Positions 1-10,896 of a DNA stretch of 64,000 nt are shown here, piece by piece. This DNA comes from Opitutaceae bacterium (lineage in GTDB: Bacteria; Verrucomicrobiota; Verrucomicrobiia; Opitutales; Coraliomargaritaceae), in assembly GCA_051252375.1 (NCBI GenBank), contig JBPOFY010000013.1:1-64000 (forward strand), written 5' to 3'. The notes under the pieces were generated by a model that saw nothing but the letters and a program-made list of their open reading frames with translations, had not been told where the DNA came from and ran no database searches. Every line of letters starts with the position of its first letter. Position 1 is the stretch's first letter. The translations under genes and the position numbers were made by a program.

Positions 1-479
1 TGAATTGTATCACCGGGGCCAGCACCGCTGAGACTGATAGCGGTATTCAATACCCAGATCGCAGGCGCGTCGTCTGCTACCGAATCACGAAACCCTGGGC
101 TCGTTCCGTAATTAACATAATCAATCATGGCAGCCCGAACTCCGAAGCCTCCTGCTGATGAAGGCAGATAAAGGCCGAGCTCACCACCGGTTGCTGGTAA
201 AAAAGCGGAGGTAAGCGTGAAAACAAGAATTTCTCCGGGAGCAATGATTAGATCCGTGCCATCGCTATTCGCTGCATCTATATCTGCCGCACTGACACCG
301 GGGTAAAAGGGAGATCCGTTTTGACGATTACACCACCGGTAGCTAGTCATATTGACGGTGCCTGCAGTGTTGTTCACGATTTCGACTTTGCTAGTAGCCA
401 AGTCGATCTCGCTGATAGTTAGTGCGTAAGATACTTGGACGGCGAAGGCTAGAAGTAAGGGTAGGAGGTATTTCATCAT
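1..479 (-). CDS. Secreted protein, lamin-tail-like N-terminal domain (partial, runs off the window)
   Basis: Hand translation MMKYLLPLLLAFAVQVSYALTISEIDLATSKVEIVNNTAGTVNMTSYRWC..., signal peptide followed by an ISEI...VEIVN pattern; open to position 1; not in the ORF track. Confidence 0.6.
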   Translation of the reverse strand, partial: MMKYLLPLLLAFAVQVSYALTISEIDLATSKVEIVNNTAGTVNMTSYRWCNRQNGSPFYPGVSAADIDAANSDGTDLIIAPGEILVFTLTSAFLPATGGELGLYLPSSAGGFGVRAAMIDYVNYGTSPGFRDSVADDAPAIWVLNTAISLSGAGPGDTI

Positions 480-689
480 ATGCCTATTAGTTAGGGTTAT
501 ATGGACTATTAGCAGGGCTTGGGTGTGTGGCAAACCAACTTTACAATTATTCGGGTTTTAGTTAAATTTTGCGCGAAATGCGCTAGGAGGATGATCCGAA
601 GTTAACCTTCACATAGCATTTAGTTCAGCCTATGTGACTCAGGATTTAACATGAAGTTGTGCTCGACGGTGCATATTGTGTTCATGTCT

Positions 690-744
690 AAAAAAACGCC
701 CAAGTTGAATATCAAATCTGCGATTCAATATTCAACGTTGGGCG
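690..744 (-). terminator. Rho-independent terminator of rng, built from heptamer-repeat sequence
   Basis: Stem CGCCCAA-GTTGAATAT / ATATTCAAC-GTTGGGCG with an A7 run (U-tract on the minus strand) just past the rng stop. Confidence 0.55.
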
Positions 745-770
745 CTCAACGTTGGTTCAGTGCGTCGCGA

Positions 771-2507
771 TTAGCGCTGCTCTTGACCAGATTCGACGTC
801 GATGATTTTGAAGTTTTCGACGTGGTAGATCGGATCCGCGCGGAACGAAAGTTTTGCACCGTAGGATTCTTCGATCCCGAGGAGTAAGTCTTCGTCTTCG
901 TTGCGGAGGCGATCCAAGTTGGTTGGATGGAGTAGGACACGGAGGTTGATTTCCTTGTCGTGGCCATCTTTCACGCGGATGTGACGAATTACGCTGATCA
1001 AGCGGCGTTGCACTTCGACACTCATGGTGCGGGAGGATTTAACCGAGCCGCGACCATGACAGTATGGGCAATCGGTGTAGATCCCGCTGGAGTGACTCTC
1101 GGAGTGGCGCTGGCGAGTCATTTGCATGATGCCGAGCGTCGAGATCGGAAGGATGTGGTTCTTCGCCTTATCATTCGCCATCTCTTTGCGCATGCGCGCG
1201 AGCACGGCGTTGCGGTCTTTCTTCGCCTTCATGTCGATGAAGTCGAGAATGATGAGTCCGCCGATATTACGTAGGCGCACTTGGCGGCAAATTTCAGAAG
1301 CGGCTTCCAAGTTAACTTGGACGATGAAGTCTTTGCCGTCCTTGTTCTTATTCTTGTGCGAGCCGGTATTGACGTCGATTGAGATCAGTGCCTCGGTTTC
1401 TTCGATCACGATTTCGCCACCGCCTGGAAGGGGGACGCAACGCATGTAGGTTTGCTCAATTTGGCGTTCAATATTGAAGCGCTCGAAAACTGGAATGTCG
1501 TCGGTGAAGCGATGGATCTTCGACTTTGAACGAGGCGAAATCTTAGTGACTTCCTCGATGATATTGTCGAAGTCATCCTTTTTGTCGACCATCACGCGGT
1601 CGATGTCTTCGGTGAGGAAGTCGCGCACGGTGCGGCCGACGATGTCGGGCTCGACGTAGAGGCAGGAAGGCTTGTTGGTCGATTCCATGCGCTGGTTGAT
1701 CACTTCCCAGCGTTTGAGTAGAATGTGCAGGTCGCGGATGAAGTAGCGTGCCTTTTTGCCTTCTCCGGCGGTGCGGACGATGATGCCCATTCCTTCGGGG
1801 AGTGTTAGGTCGCGGAGGATGCCCTTGAGGCGGCTGCGCTCTTTCTTGTCCTCGATCTTGCGGGAAATACCCATCGTGCCGGTGTAGGGCATGAGGACGA
1901 GGAAACGGCCGGGTAGGGCGATGTTTGTTGTCGTGCGCGGACCCTTGGTGCCGATTTGGCCTTTGGTGATCTGCAGGACGATCTCGCTACCGATGGGGTA
2001 GAGTTTTGGAATGTCCTTGATCGAGACCTTCTCGCTTTCGCGTTTACGCTGCTTCTCGGACTTGTTGTCGCGCACGATTTCGATCGAATTATCGTTGGCG
2101 GCAGGGAGGATGTCCCAGTAGTGGAGGAAGGCGTTTTTGGCTTCGCCGATGTCGACGAAGGCAGCTTTTAGGCCTGGTTCGAGGTTTTGGATACGACCTT
2201 TGAAAATCGCGCCGACTTCACGGGCTTCGCCTGTGCGTTCGACTTCGAACTTTTCGAGGACGCCGTCTTGTAGAAGAGCCACACGTTTTTCAAGTGGCTC
2301 AGAGTTGATGATCAGCTCGGTGTAAGCTTTCTTTTCACTTTTGATCGCCTTAACGATGCGTGTAATGAGGGGCTCTTTTTTGGCCCGCTTCTTCGCGTCG
2401 TCTTGGAGTTCGTTGGTGTCGATGCGCTCGCCTTTGTTCTCCTTCGGAGCGGAGGTGAGTTCTTCGGTGTATTGATCGTCAGATTGATCGGTAGTTGAAT
2501 CTTGCAT
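771..2507 (-). CDS. rng: Ribonuclease E/G family protein
   Basis: S1 domain ([23 protein letters not shown]), [30 protein letters not shown] Zn-link. Confidence 0.93.
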   Translation of the reverse strand: MQDSTTDQSDDQYTEELTSAPKENKGERIDTNELQDDAKKRAKKEPLITRIVKAIKSEKKAYTELIINSEPLEKRVALLQDGVLEKFEVERTGEAREVGAIFKGRIQNLEPGLKAAFVDIGEAKNAFLHYWDILPAANDNSIEIVRDNKSEKQRKRESEKVSIKDIPKLYPIGSEIVLQITKGQIGTKGPRTTTNIALPGRFLVLMPYTGTMGISRKIEDKKERSRLKGILRDLTLPEGMGIIVRTAGEGKKARYFIRDLHILLKRWEVINQRMESTNKPSCLYVEPDIVGRTVRDFLTEDIDRVMVDKKDDFDNIIEEVTKISPRSKSKIHRFTDDIPVFERFNIERQIEQTYMRCVPLPGGGEIVIEETEALISIDVNTGSHKNKNKDGKDFIVQVNLEAASEICRQVRLRNIGGLIILDFIDMKAKKDRNAVLARMRKEMANDKAKNHILPISTLGIMQMTRQRHSESHSSGIYTDCPYCHGRGSVKSSRTMSVEVQRRLISVIRHIRVKDGHDKEINLRVLLHPTNLDRLRNEDEDLLLGIEESYGAKLSFRADPIYHVENFKIIDVESGQEQR

Positions 2508-2594
2508 TGGTATTGGATGTCCCGGGTTTGGTCGGGGCTCCCCAGTGCTGATTGTTCAGACTTGTCAGTGGATGTGCAGTGCGTGGTGACGGGA

Positions 2595-3848
<1,254 letters not shown>

Positions 3849-3936
3849 GCGCGTTGCTTAATGGCTCATGGAGAATAGCGAATGGCGAATTTTCAGCATT
3901 TCAGGTGTCAACTTTCAGGTTTCAACTTTTAGATGA

Positions 3937-4398
3937 TTAGTTCACATCTCCCAGATAATTGGTTCCAGGGTCGAAGCCGTCTGCTGTGAAGAAAGGTTTG
4001 ATCACATCGGGGAGGAAGCGCCGCTCTTGTAGTTCGCTGAGCGGGATCCACTCGACTCCCACCTGCTTCTTATCGTGTTCGGTGCCTGGACCGATGCCAT
4101 CTGGGTCGGGGAGCGAGCAACGAAAGACGTTCTCCACTTGGTGGAAATTTCGGTGTGCATTGCGGAATTCATGATTTTTACCGATATATTCCCGCACATA
4201 GAGGAGCTCGCCCACTTCGACCTCAGTGCCGATTTCTTCGAGGCACTCGCGTTTTAAGCCTTCGCGGAGGGTTTCACCATGATTCTGACCGCCTCCGGGC
4301 AGGATGTAAAAGATGCCGGTATTGTCGCGCATCTTGATCGCGAGCAATTTCTGTTCGTGAATAATAAGGGCTCTGGCAGCTGTTCGTATGGGGCGCAT
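3937..4398 (-). CDS. NUDIX hydrolase
   Basis: Nudix box [23 protein letters not shown]. Confidence 0.88.
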   Translation of the reverse strand: MRPIRTAARALIIHEQKLLAIKMRDNTGIFYILPGGGQNHGETLREGLKRECLEEIGTEVEVGELLYVREYIGKNHEFRNAHRNFHQVENVFRCSLPDPDGIGPGTEHDKKQVGVEWIPLSELQERRFLPDVIKPFFTADGFDPGTNYLGDVN

Positions 4399-4522
4399 GG
4401 GTAGTCATATAACCAAAAGATTTTTCGTTTGGAGCAAGACTCAAGCGTATCAAAGTGACATTTTAGCGATAAATTTTCGGCAGTGCTTGCAGTTTTAATC
4501 GGTTTGTATAACGTTCCTAGGC

Positions 4523-4873
4523 ATGGGCGATTTCATGAGGCAAGTCGGTATGCAGTCATTTTTGGAGCAGTTCGCGGATTCTCCAGCCAATGTAGCTTTT
4601 GTTGAGGCACTGTTTGCCGACGTCGATGCGTCCACGCTCAACGGATTTCTAGAAGATGTGGATGATAGCCCGTTTTCGCTACGTGACTGGGTCGCTGCAT
4701 TACGCACCCTCGGTAGCTGGCTCGACGCTCGAAAGTTGACACTTCCTCTTCAAGATCAAATCGGTTACGTCTGTTGCGCGGCCGAGTCTGCCGGTTCTAG
4801 CGCCAATTTGACTGACCTTTCCGCCTTGGTGGATGAGATGTTAATAGCCTATGGTTGCGAGCGGGCAGAGTAG
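4523..4873 (+). CDS. Hypothetical protein
   Basis: 116-aa ORF filling the gap upstream of mgtE; no recognised motif. Confidence 0.6.
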   Translation: MGDFMRQVGMQSFLEQFADSPANVAFVEALFADVDASTLNGFLEDVDDSPFSLRDWVAALRTLGSWLDARKLTLPLQDQIGYVCCAAESAGSSANLTDLSALVDEMLIAYGCERAE

Positions 4874-4880
4874 TTTGTGC

Positions 4881-4922
4881 GGGATACGGGATGCCGGATA
4901 CGGGATGCCGGATACGAGATGC
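4881..4922 (+). repeat. Heptamer-periodic tandem repeat (GGATACG/GGATGCC)
   Basis: gggatacgggatgccggatacgggatgccggatacgagatgc. Confidence 0.75.
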
Positions 4923-5002
4923 GATCTGTGAGTCGCTAAATCACGCCCCAGTTTCGATTCCCGTCTTTACTCTGCCAGTGCGGCAACTATTACGGAGCAC
5001 GC

Positions 5003-6352
5003 ATGGTCGATGAAAACACAGCAGCTGAAATTGAAATCAAAGAACTGATTGCGAAGAATCAGCTCAAGGCAGTTGCCGAGCGTTTTCAGAGTTGGGCATT
5101 TCCTGAAATTGCCGACCTGTTGATGGGACTTGATAAGCCACACCAGATCCTGGCGTATCGTTCGCTCCCTCGGCAGCGTGCTGCCGACATGTTTGCTTAT
5201 CTGGAGCCAGAAGATCAGGATACCTTGCTCGACGCGTTGACGGATGCCGATACCCGCACCCTGTTGGCCGATTTGAGTCCCGACGACCGGACCGAAATGC
5301 TCGAGGAGTTGCCCGCAACCATTACGCGGCGTCTCATGCAGTTGCTCAGTCCTGGTGACTTGGCGGAGGTGCGCCAGCTACTCGGCTATCCAGAAGAGAG
5401 TGTCGGTCGTCTGATGACCCCCGACTATATTCGTATTCGTGCGGAGTGGTCAGTTGAGCAAGCCATTGATCACATCCGGAAATACGGGCGCGACTCTGAA
5501 ATTTTCAATATTCTGTATGTCACTGATGGTAATGGTCTCCTGATCGATATTGTGCGACTGCGCCGCATTATTTTGGCGGCCCCTGGCACAGTGATTAAGG
5601 ATATTTTAAACTACAACTGTATCAGTGTTTCAGCTTTTGCTGACCGAGAAGTCGCGGTGGAAATGATTCAACGCTACGACGTCAATGCGTTGCCCGTAGT
5701 CGATTCCGAGGGGGTTCTCGTGGGCATCGTCACGGTCGACGACATCATGGACGTGGCCGAAGAAGAGGTCACCGAAGATATCCAAAAGGGTGCCGGTATG
5801 GCGCCTCTCGGAACGAAGTATAGTGCCGCGAGCCCCGTGCAGCTTTTCCGTAAGCGTATCGGATGGTTGCTGATTTTGATCTTCGTGAACCTCATTTCTG
5901 CTGGCGTGATTTCCAACTACGAGGAATTCGTCATGGAGTTTATCACACTCGCGCTGTTCATGCCCCTCGTTATTGCCAGCGGTGGTAATTGCGGTGCGCA
6001 GGCCGCCACTCTGATGGTGCGTTCCATCGCCACCGGCGACGTCGAGCTCGGGGATTGGATGAAGTCGGTCAGCAAGGAGATCTTCGTTGGTATTTTACTT
6101 GGCACCGCCATGGCATTGATCGCTGGCTTTGTCGGACAGCTCTATGGAGGCGATACCAAGATCGCCGTCATCGTCGGCCTCAGTATGATCTCGATCGTAT
6201 TTGTCGCCAATAGCTTTGGTGCATTGCTACCATTCATTCTCAGTCGCTTAAAGATCGACCCTGCGGCTGCCAGCACGCCTCTGATCACTTCACTGATGGA
6301 CGTGCTTGGGCTGATCATTTACTTCTCCATTGCGGTCGCGATTCTGGGGTAG
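5003..6352 (+). CDS. mgtE: Magnesium transporter MgtE
   Basis: N domain, CBS pair ([24 protein letters not shown]), [26 protein letters not shown]. Confidence 0.95.
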   Translation: MVDENTAAEIEIKELIAKNQLKAVAERFQSWAFPEIADLLMGLDKPHQILAYRSLPRQRAADMFAYLEPEDQDTLLDALTDADTRTLLADLSPDDRTEMLEELPATITRRLMQLLSPGDLAEVRQLLGYPEESVGRLMTPDYIRIRAEWSVEQAIDHIRKYGRDSEIFNILYVTDGNGLLIDIVRLRRIILAAPGTVIKDILNYNCISVSAFADREVAVEMIQRYDVNALPVVDSEGVLVGIVTVDDIMDVAEEEVTEDIQKGAGMAPLGTKYSAASPVQLFRKRIGWLLILIFVNLISAGVISNYEEFVMEFITLALFMPLVIASGGNCGAQAATLMVRSIATGDVELGDWMKSVSKEIFVGILLGTAMALIAGFVGQLYGGDTKIAVIVGLSMISIVFVANSFGALLPFILSRLKIDPAAASTPLITSLMDVLGLIIYFSIAVAILG

Positions 6353-6441
6353 AGGCGGTCGTTCCTACCGCCACGCGTCGTCGTCGACTCATCGTATCAG
6401 CCAACAACACTGAAATGGCGCTTAGGGACAAGCGCCGCTAC
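6349..6441. repeat. GTAG-type REP pair (REPIN-like)
   Basis: GTAGAGGCGGTCGTTCCTACCGCC ... GGCGCTTAGGGACAAGCGCCGCTAC; the GTAG contains the mgtE TAG stop. Confidence 0.65.
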
Positions 6442-6521
6442 CTTTCTGTTGCCATCTCTCCACTCGCTGGCATTTTCGGTCGATAGGCTTATATTTTTGA
6501 AAACTCCTTTGTAACTACAGA

Positions 6522-7352
6522 ATGAACCACGCGTCTTATTTTACGCCACGCCGCTCGCTCGCATTGGGGCGGAAGACTTATCTCGCGGGAATTCTAAATC
6601 TCACGCCCGATTCGTTTTCCGATGGCGGTGACTTTGATGATCAAGATCAGGCGGTTTTACGTTTTCATCAAATGGTGGAAGCGGGTGCGGAGATTATCGA
6701 TATCGGTGGTGAGTCGACACGCCCAGGGCATATTCCAGTGCCTGCCGATGAAGAGATCGCACGTGTTGTGCCTTTCATCCAAACCATTCGGCCACACACC
6801 GACGCATTGATTTCGATCGACACTTCAAAAGCTGCCGTGGCTGAAGCCGCTGTTGTTGCTGGTGCAGACATCATCAATGATGTCTGGGGCGCTCGGCACG
6901 ATCCACGCATGGCTGAAGTCATGGGGCAGAGTGGTGCCGCTTGTATTTTGATGCATAACCGCCCGAGCGAAGAAGCTGGAGTCGGCGACGTGATTGAGGC
7001 GATTCAAACCTACTTAGAGCAATCGATTCTGCTGGTCAAAGAAGCCGGCGTGCGCGACGACGCCATCATGTTGGACCCTGGTCTCGGCTTTGGTAAAACC
7101 TACGAAGAAAACTGGGAGATCATGCGCCGCCTTCCCGAGTTGGTTCGTATGGGTTACCCGATTTTATTGGGAGCATCTCGCAAATCGATGATCGCAAAAC
7201 TTCTCGATTTGAAAGACCCCAAAGCGCGCCTAAGTGGCACCCTCGCCACCACCAGTTTAGCGATCCAATCCGGTGTCGATTTCATACGAGTCCACGACGT
7301 CAAAGAAAACCGCGAGTGCGCCGATGTGATCGATCACTGTCTGCGGCATTGA
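6522..7352 (+). CDS. folP: Dihydropteroate synthase
   Basis: GILNLTPDSFSDGG, DIGGESTRPG, DPGLGFGK, GASRKS, RVHDV. Confidence 0.96.
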   Translation: MNHASYFTPRRSLALGRKTYLAGILNLTPDSFSDGGDFDDQDQAVLRFHQMVEAGAEIIDIGGESTRPGHIPVPADEEIARVVPFIQTIRPHTDALISIDTSKAAVAEAAVVAGADIINDVWGARHDPRMAEVMGQSGAACILMHNRPSEEAGVGDVIEAIQTYLEQSILLVKEAGVRDDAIMLDPGLGFGKTYEENWEIMRRLPELVRMGYPILLGASRKSMIAKLLDLKDPKARLSGTLATTSLAIQSGVDFIRVHDVKENRECADVIDHCLRH

Positions 7353-7512
7353 GGTGTTGAGCCGATTGTTGACGTTAAAGCACATGGAAGACTGGCAGCA
7401 CTGCTCAGGTCATTAGTAGTCTAAGTTGTAAAAATACGTAATGTGGGTAGTTCCCGGAAGCAGCTACATTTTCCGCTTCTCACTTCCCGCTCTCCACTGC
7501 ACACTGCCTGCT

Positions 7513-7878
7513 ATGAACAAAACCACGATTGAACTGAAAGACCTCGAATTCTTTGCCCGTCATGGGGCATTGGCGGAAGAGGCGAAGCTGGGACAGCGAT
7601 TCAAGCTGGACGTGACTTTGCGCTTGGTCGATGGCTTGGACTTTGAAGGAGACTCCACCGAGTGCACGGTGAATTATGCTGAAGTCTATCAGGCAGTGAA
7701 AGAGGTCTTTACCGGTTTTCGTTTCAATTTAATCGAGCGCGCGGGCGAGTTGATTTGCTCTGAAATTTTAGAGCGTTTTGAGCGAGTGGTTGAAGTGACG
7801 GTGAAAGTGAAAAAGCCCGCGGTGCCGGTGGATTGTATTTGTGAGTATTTTGCGGTGGAGGTCACTCAATGTCGCTAG
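7513..7878 (+). CDS. folB: Dihydroneopterin aldolase
   Basis: HGALAEEAKLGQRF, TVNYAEVY, NLIER, VKVKKP; start moved to ATG 7513. Confidence 0.93.
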   Translation: MNKTTIELKDLEFFARHGALAEEAKLGQRFKLDVTLRLVDGLDFEGDSTECTVNYAEVYQAVKEVFTGFRFNLIERAGELICSEILERFERVVEVTVKVKKPAVPVDCICEYFAVEVTQCR

Positions 7879-8366
7879 CGACGGCTTATTTGGCGCTCGG
7901 CAGTAATCTTGGTGATCGGCTTGGTCAGATGCGTGTCGCCTTGGAATTGCTGGAGGCGGACCACGGGATTCGAATTTTGCGAAGCAGCGCGGTCTATCAA
8001 AACCGAGCAATCGGAATGGAGAACGCGGAGGACTTTCTCAATGCCGTAGTGGCGGTTGAAACTGAGTTGGCGCCGGAGCTATTGCTCAATGCCTGCCTTG
8101 CGGTGGAAACGAAACTGGGTCGCGTGCGCTCGGGTGTATGGGCACCGCGCACGATCGATCTCGATGTGCTGGCGTATGGAGATCGCGTGATCGAAACCGA
8201 GCGTTTGCAGCTGCCGCATCCGCGTATCGCGGAACGTGATTTTGTGGCACAGCCTTTACTGGAAGTCGCGCCAGACTTGGTAGTGTTTGGTCAATCGATC
8301 CAAGCAATCGTGGCGGCGTTGCCCGCAATTGATTTGGAGCTGTGCCCGGACGCATTGAAAAACTGA
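7869..8366 (+). CDS. folK: 2-amino-4-hydroxy-6-hydroxymethyldihydropteridine diphosphokinase
   Basis: AYLALGSNLGDR, FLNAV, PRTIDLD, LPHPRIAERDFV. Confidence 0.95.
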   Translation: MSLATAYLALGSNLGDRLGQMRVALELLEADHGIRILRSSAVYQNRAIGMENAEDFLNAVVAVETELAPELLLNACLAVETKLGRVRSGVWAPRTIDLDVLAYGDRVIETERLQLPHPRIAERDFVAQPLLEVAPDLVVFGQSIQAIVAALPAIDLELCPDALKN

Positions 8367-8452
8367 TTAGACAGTTCCGAGCGAAGCGACATCATCCATG
8401 ATTTTTTAAATTCAGTATTTGGTGACTGCTGACTTCGGCAGCCTCCTAGATT

Positions 8453-8482
8453 CTGACTCCTGTCTCCTGAATTCTGACTCCT
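8453..8482 (-). repeat. Heptamer repeat family 2 (AGGAGTC/AGAATTC)
   Basis: Exact reverse complement of 23753-23782. Confidence 0.8.
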
Positions 8483-8490
8483 TTTTAAAA

Positions 8491-8787
8491 ATGAAACCTA
8501 CTATTGAAATTGAATATTGCGCCGGCTGCCGCTGGTTGATGCGGGCGGCTTGGACGGCTCAGGAATTGCTCACTACTTTTGATGGTAAGTTGGCTGCGGT
8601 GACGATGCGACCTTCGGAGGAACCAGGCACGTTTATTGTTCGAATCGATGGGGAGGAGCTTTGGAACCGTCGTGCTGAGGGGCGTTTCCCGGAAATGAAA
8701 GAACTCAAGCAGATCGTGCGTGATCATATCGCACCGGAACAAAACTTGGGGCATAGCGACACTGAAGAAAGACAACAAGATGTCTGA
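8491..8787 (+). CDS. SelT/SelW/SelH (Rdx) family protein, Cys form
   Basis: IEIEYCAGCRWLMRAAWTAQELLTTF, GRFPEMKELKQIVRD, LGHSD. Confidence 0.88.
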   Translation: MKPTIEIEYCAGCRWLMRAAWTAQELLTTFDGKLAAVTMRPSEEPGTFIVRIDGEELWNRRAEGRFPEMKELKQIVRDHIAPEQNLGHSDTEERQQDV

Positions 8788-9505
8788 GGCGATTTCCGAT
8801 CAAGTCATTGAGGCGGCACAAGCGTTGTCTGGCGCGGTGGATGCGCTGTCGTTTGCGCCCCCGACGACGCATATTTATAACCCACTGACATACGCTTGGG
8901 CGGGGCATCGTAGCTATTTGCAGCAACATGCTAACTCCAAGAAGAAGGTCATTTTTATGGGGATGAATCCCGGGCCTTTTGGTATGGCGCAATGCGGCGT
9001 GCCCTTTGGTGAACTGGAGTTAGTTCGAGATTGGGTGGGGGTTTATGAGTTGATCATGAAGCCCGCCAATGAACACCCGAAACGTTTGATCGAGGGCTTT
9101 GCATGTCCTCGTAGTGAGGTGAGTGGGCGTCGTTTGTGGGGACTCTTCAAAGAAATGTATCCCGAAGCCGAAGACTTCTTTGCCAATCATTTTGTGGCGA
9201 ACTATTGCCCGCTGGTTTTCATGGAAGAAAGCGGTAAAAATCGCACGCCAGACAAGTTGCCCGCCGCAGAGGTGGAGGCTTTGTATGCGATTTGCGATGA
9301 GCATTTACGCAAGCTAGTTGAGATACTAGAGCCCGAGTGGCTGATCGGCGTAGGTGCTTTTGCAGAAGGTCGCGCTAAGCTCGCATTGAAGGGAATGGAT
9401 GTGAAGATCGGCAGGGTGTTGCACCCGAGTCCGGCAAGTCCCGCTGCGAATCGAGGTTGGGGCGAGCAAGCCACGAAGCAGTTGCAGGCGTTGGGGATTT
9501 GGTAG
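8780..9505 (+). CDS. SMUG1-family uracil-DNA glycosylase
   Basis: GMNPGPFGMAQCGVPFG, SEVSGRRLWG, NYCPL, HPSPASP. Confidence 0.92.
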   Translation: MSEAISDQVIEAAQALSGAVDALSFAPPTTHIYNPLTYAWAGHRSYLQQHANSKKKVIFMGMNPGPFGMAQCGVPFGELELVRDWVGVYELIMKPANEHPKRLIEGFACPRSEVSGRRLWGLFKEMYPEAEDFFANHFVANYCPLVFMEESGKNRTPDKLPAAEVEALYAICDEHLRKLVEILEPEWLIGVGAFAEGRAKLALKGMDVKIGRVLHPSPASPAANRGWGEQATKQLQALGIW

Positions 9506-9520
9506 CGCGGCACGTGCCGA

Positions 9521-9703
9521 GGGAACGTCGAACGTCCAACATTGAACGTCCAATTTTGAATGAGGTTGATATGACGTCTCATTAACGGTTCAACTCATCT
9601 TTTTAGCTTAACGGACGTCAATTAACGGTAATCCGATCAATTACGTCGTGCTATGATCCTGAATTCACCATTGGACGTTCAATGTTGGACGTTCGACGTT
9701 CCC
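9521..9703. repeat. Heptamer-arm palindromic element (family 1)
   Basis: Perfect 34-bp inverted repeats GGGAACGTCGAACGTCCAACATTGAACGTCCAAT at 9521-9554 and 9670-9703 around a unique core. Confidence 0.9.
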
Positions 9704-10668
9704 ACGTTCAATGTTCCCAAGACTGCCTTCACGACTTCGCCCATTTTTTTGTAATCGAGTCGGTCCCAAGTGTCGCCGGCTTTGTGGTATTCTTTGTTTC
9801 GATAAAAGGCGGTGTCGGAGATCATGACGGCATCATAGCCGAACTCCCAATAGTTGCGGTGGTCTGAAAAATCAATGCCGGGCACTTGGGTGGGCGCAGC
9901 GATCGAATAGACGTCAATCTCGGCTGCACCGTTCATGCCTGCTTTGATGTCGGCAATAAATGGGCGCTGATCAAGCTTACCAATCACGGCGATGAAGTCG
10001 CCGGTGTTGGGGTAAAGTAATTTGAATAGTAGCGTGGGGTACTCCTGTGAGCCAAAGGCGTCGTCATAATAGCCGATCATTTCCAGCACGATGACGCCGG
10101 TGATGGGATGACCTTCTTCGGTAACTGCTTTGGCATGGTGATAACTGCCCATGTCTTTGGTGGCGAAGAAGGGGGGCTCTTCCAAGGTGTAGGCGACGAG
10201 TTCGATGGTGGTCTCGGGTGCTTGCTTGCCGAGGATGTAGGCGAGTTCGATCAGTCCGGCTACGCCGCTAGCGTTGTCGTCGGCGCCGGGTGTTTTACCG
10301 TGTGAATCATAGTGCGCCCCAATAATCTGGCGGGGGCCGTCGCTAGGACCAAACATGCAACGGATGTTGTAATAGGTGGTGCCGCTTATGCTGAATTCCT
10401 GTTTCTCAATTCGTCCGCCAGCATCGGCAAAATGATCTTCGATGAAGGCTGCAGTCAGATTGAGATTGTCGGTGTGGCCGTAGCTTCGGGGATGGAAATT
10501 GACCGAAAGCGTTTTAACCACGTTTTGCATGCGGTCGATATCGATAGATGCCTCGGTGGTGTCATTCGCGCTCAGGGTTGGTTGCGCAAGGTAGAACCAA
10601 ACTGCCAGCAGCACGACCCCGACTCCTATGGATACGTTGCGGAGAAATTTGAGGGCTTTTTTAAGCAT
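9679..10668 (-). CDS. M28 family metallopeptidase
   Basis: IIGAHYDS, PGADDNASGVA, LEEPP, LEMIG, SDH, YH; N-terminal TM segment. Confidence 0.9.
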   Translation of the reverse strand: MLKKALKFLRNVSIGVGVVLLAVWFYLAQPTLSANDTTEASIDIDRMQNVVKTLSVNFHPRSYGHTDNLNLTAAFIEDHFADAGGRIEKQEFSISGTTYYNIRCMFGPSDGPRQIIGAHYDSHGKTPGADDNASGVAGLIELAYILGKQAPETTIELVAYTLEEPPFFATKDMGSYHHAKAVTEEGHPITGVIVLEMIGYYDDAFGSQEYPTLLFKLLYPNTGDFIAVIGKLDQRPFIADIKAGMNGAAEIDVYSIAAPTQVPGIDFSDHRNYWEFGYDAVMISDTAFYRNKEYHKAGDTWDRLDYKKMGEVVKAVLGTLNVGTSNVQH

Positions 10669-10699
10669 GATTGAGCGGGGCGTTTAGTTGTGAATGTCG

Positions 10700-10767
10700 G
10701 TAGGGACGGCTGCCCTCAGCCGTCCGTTTGTAGGAGTTGGCGGACGCCTGAGGGCAGGCGTCCCTAC
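10700..10767. repeat. GTAG-type REP pair (REPIN-like)
   Basis: GTAGGGACGGCTGCCCTCAGCCGTCCG ... CGGACGCCTGAGGGCAGGCGTCCCTAC; right arm identical to 36308-36335. Confidence 0.85.
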
Positions 10768-10780
10768 CATTTTAAATTTG

Positions 10781-10875
10781 AACAGAATGATTTGTGACAG
10801 AATTATTTATGCGTGCTGGCGTTGCTTGCGGGAATTGTCTCAGTGGAAATTATTCTGCCCTCAATTATTCTGTTT
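10781..10875. mobile_element. Putative non-autonomous (empty) copy of the GxxExxY-flanking inverted-repeat element
   Basis: AACAGAATGATTTGTGACAGAATTATTTAT ... AAATTATTCTGCCCTCAATTATTCTGTTT; arms match those at 42796-42825 and 43624-43653. Confidence 0.6.
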
Positions 10876-10896
10876 CCCTGCGTCGGACCAGCTTCT

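Noticed and set aside
7353..7512. Folate-related riboswitch between folP and folB
   Set aside because: Only one imperfect hairpin; no recognisable THF or ZTP aptamer features by eye (an Rfam scan would settle it).
8491..8787. Selenoprotein recoding in the SelW-like gene
   Set aside because: The motif is CAGC encoded with TGC codons; there is no in-frame TGA.
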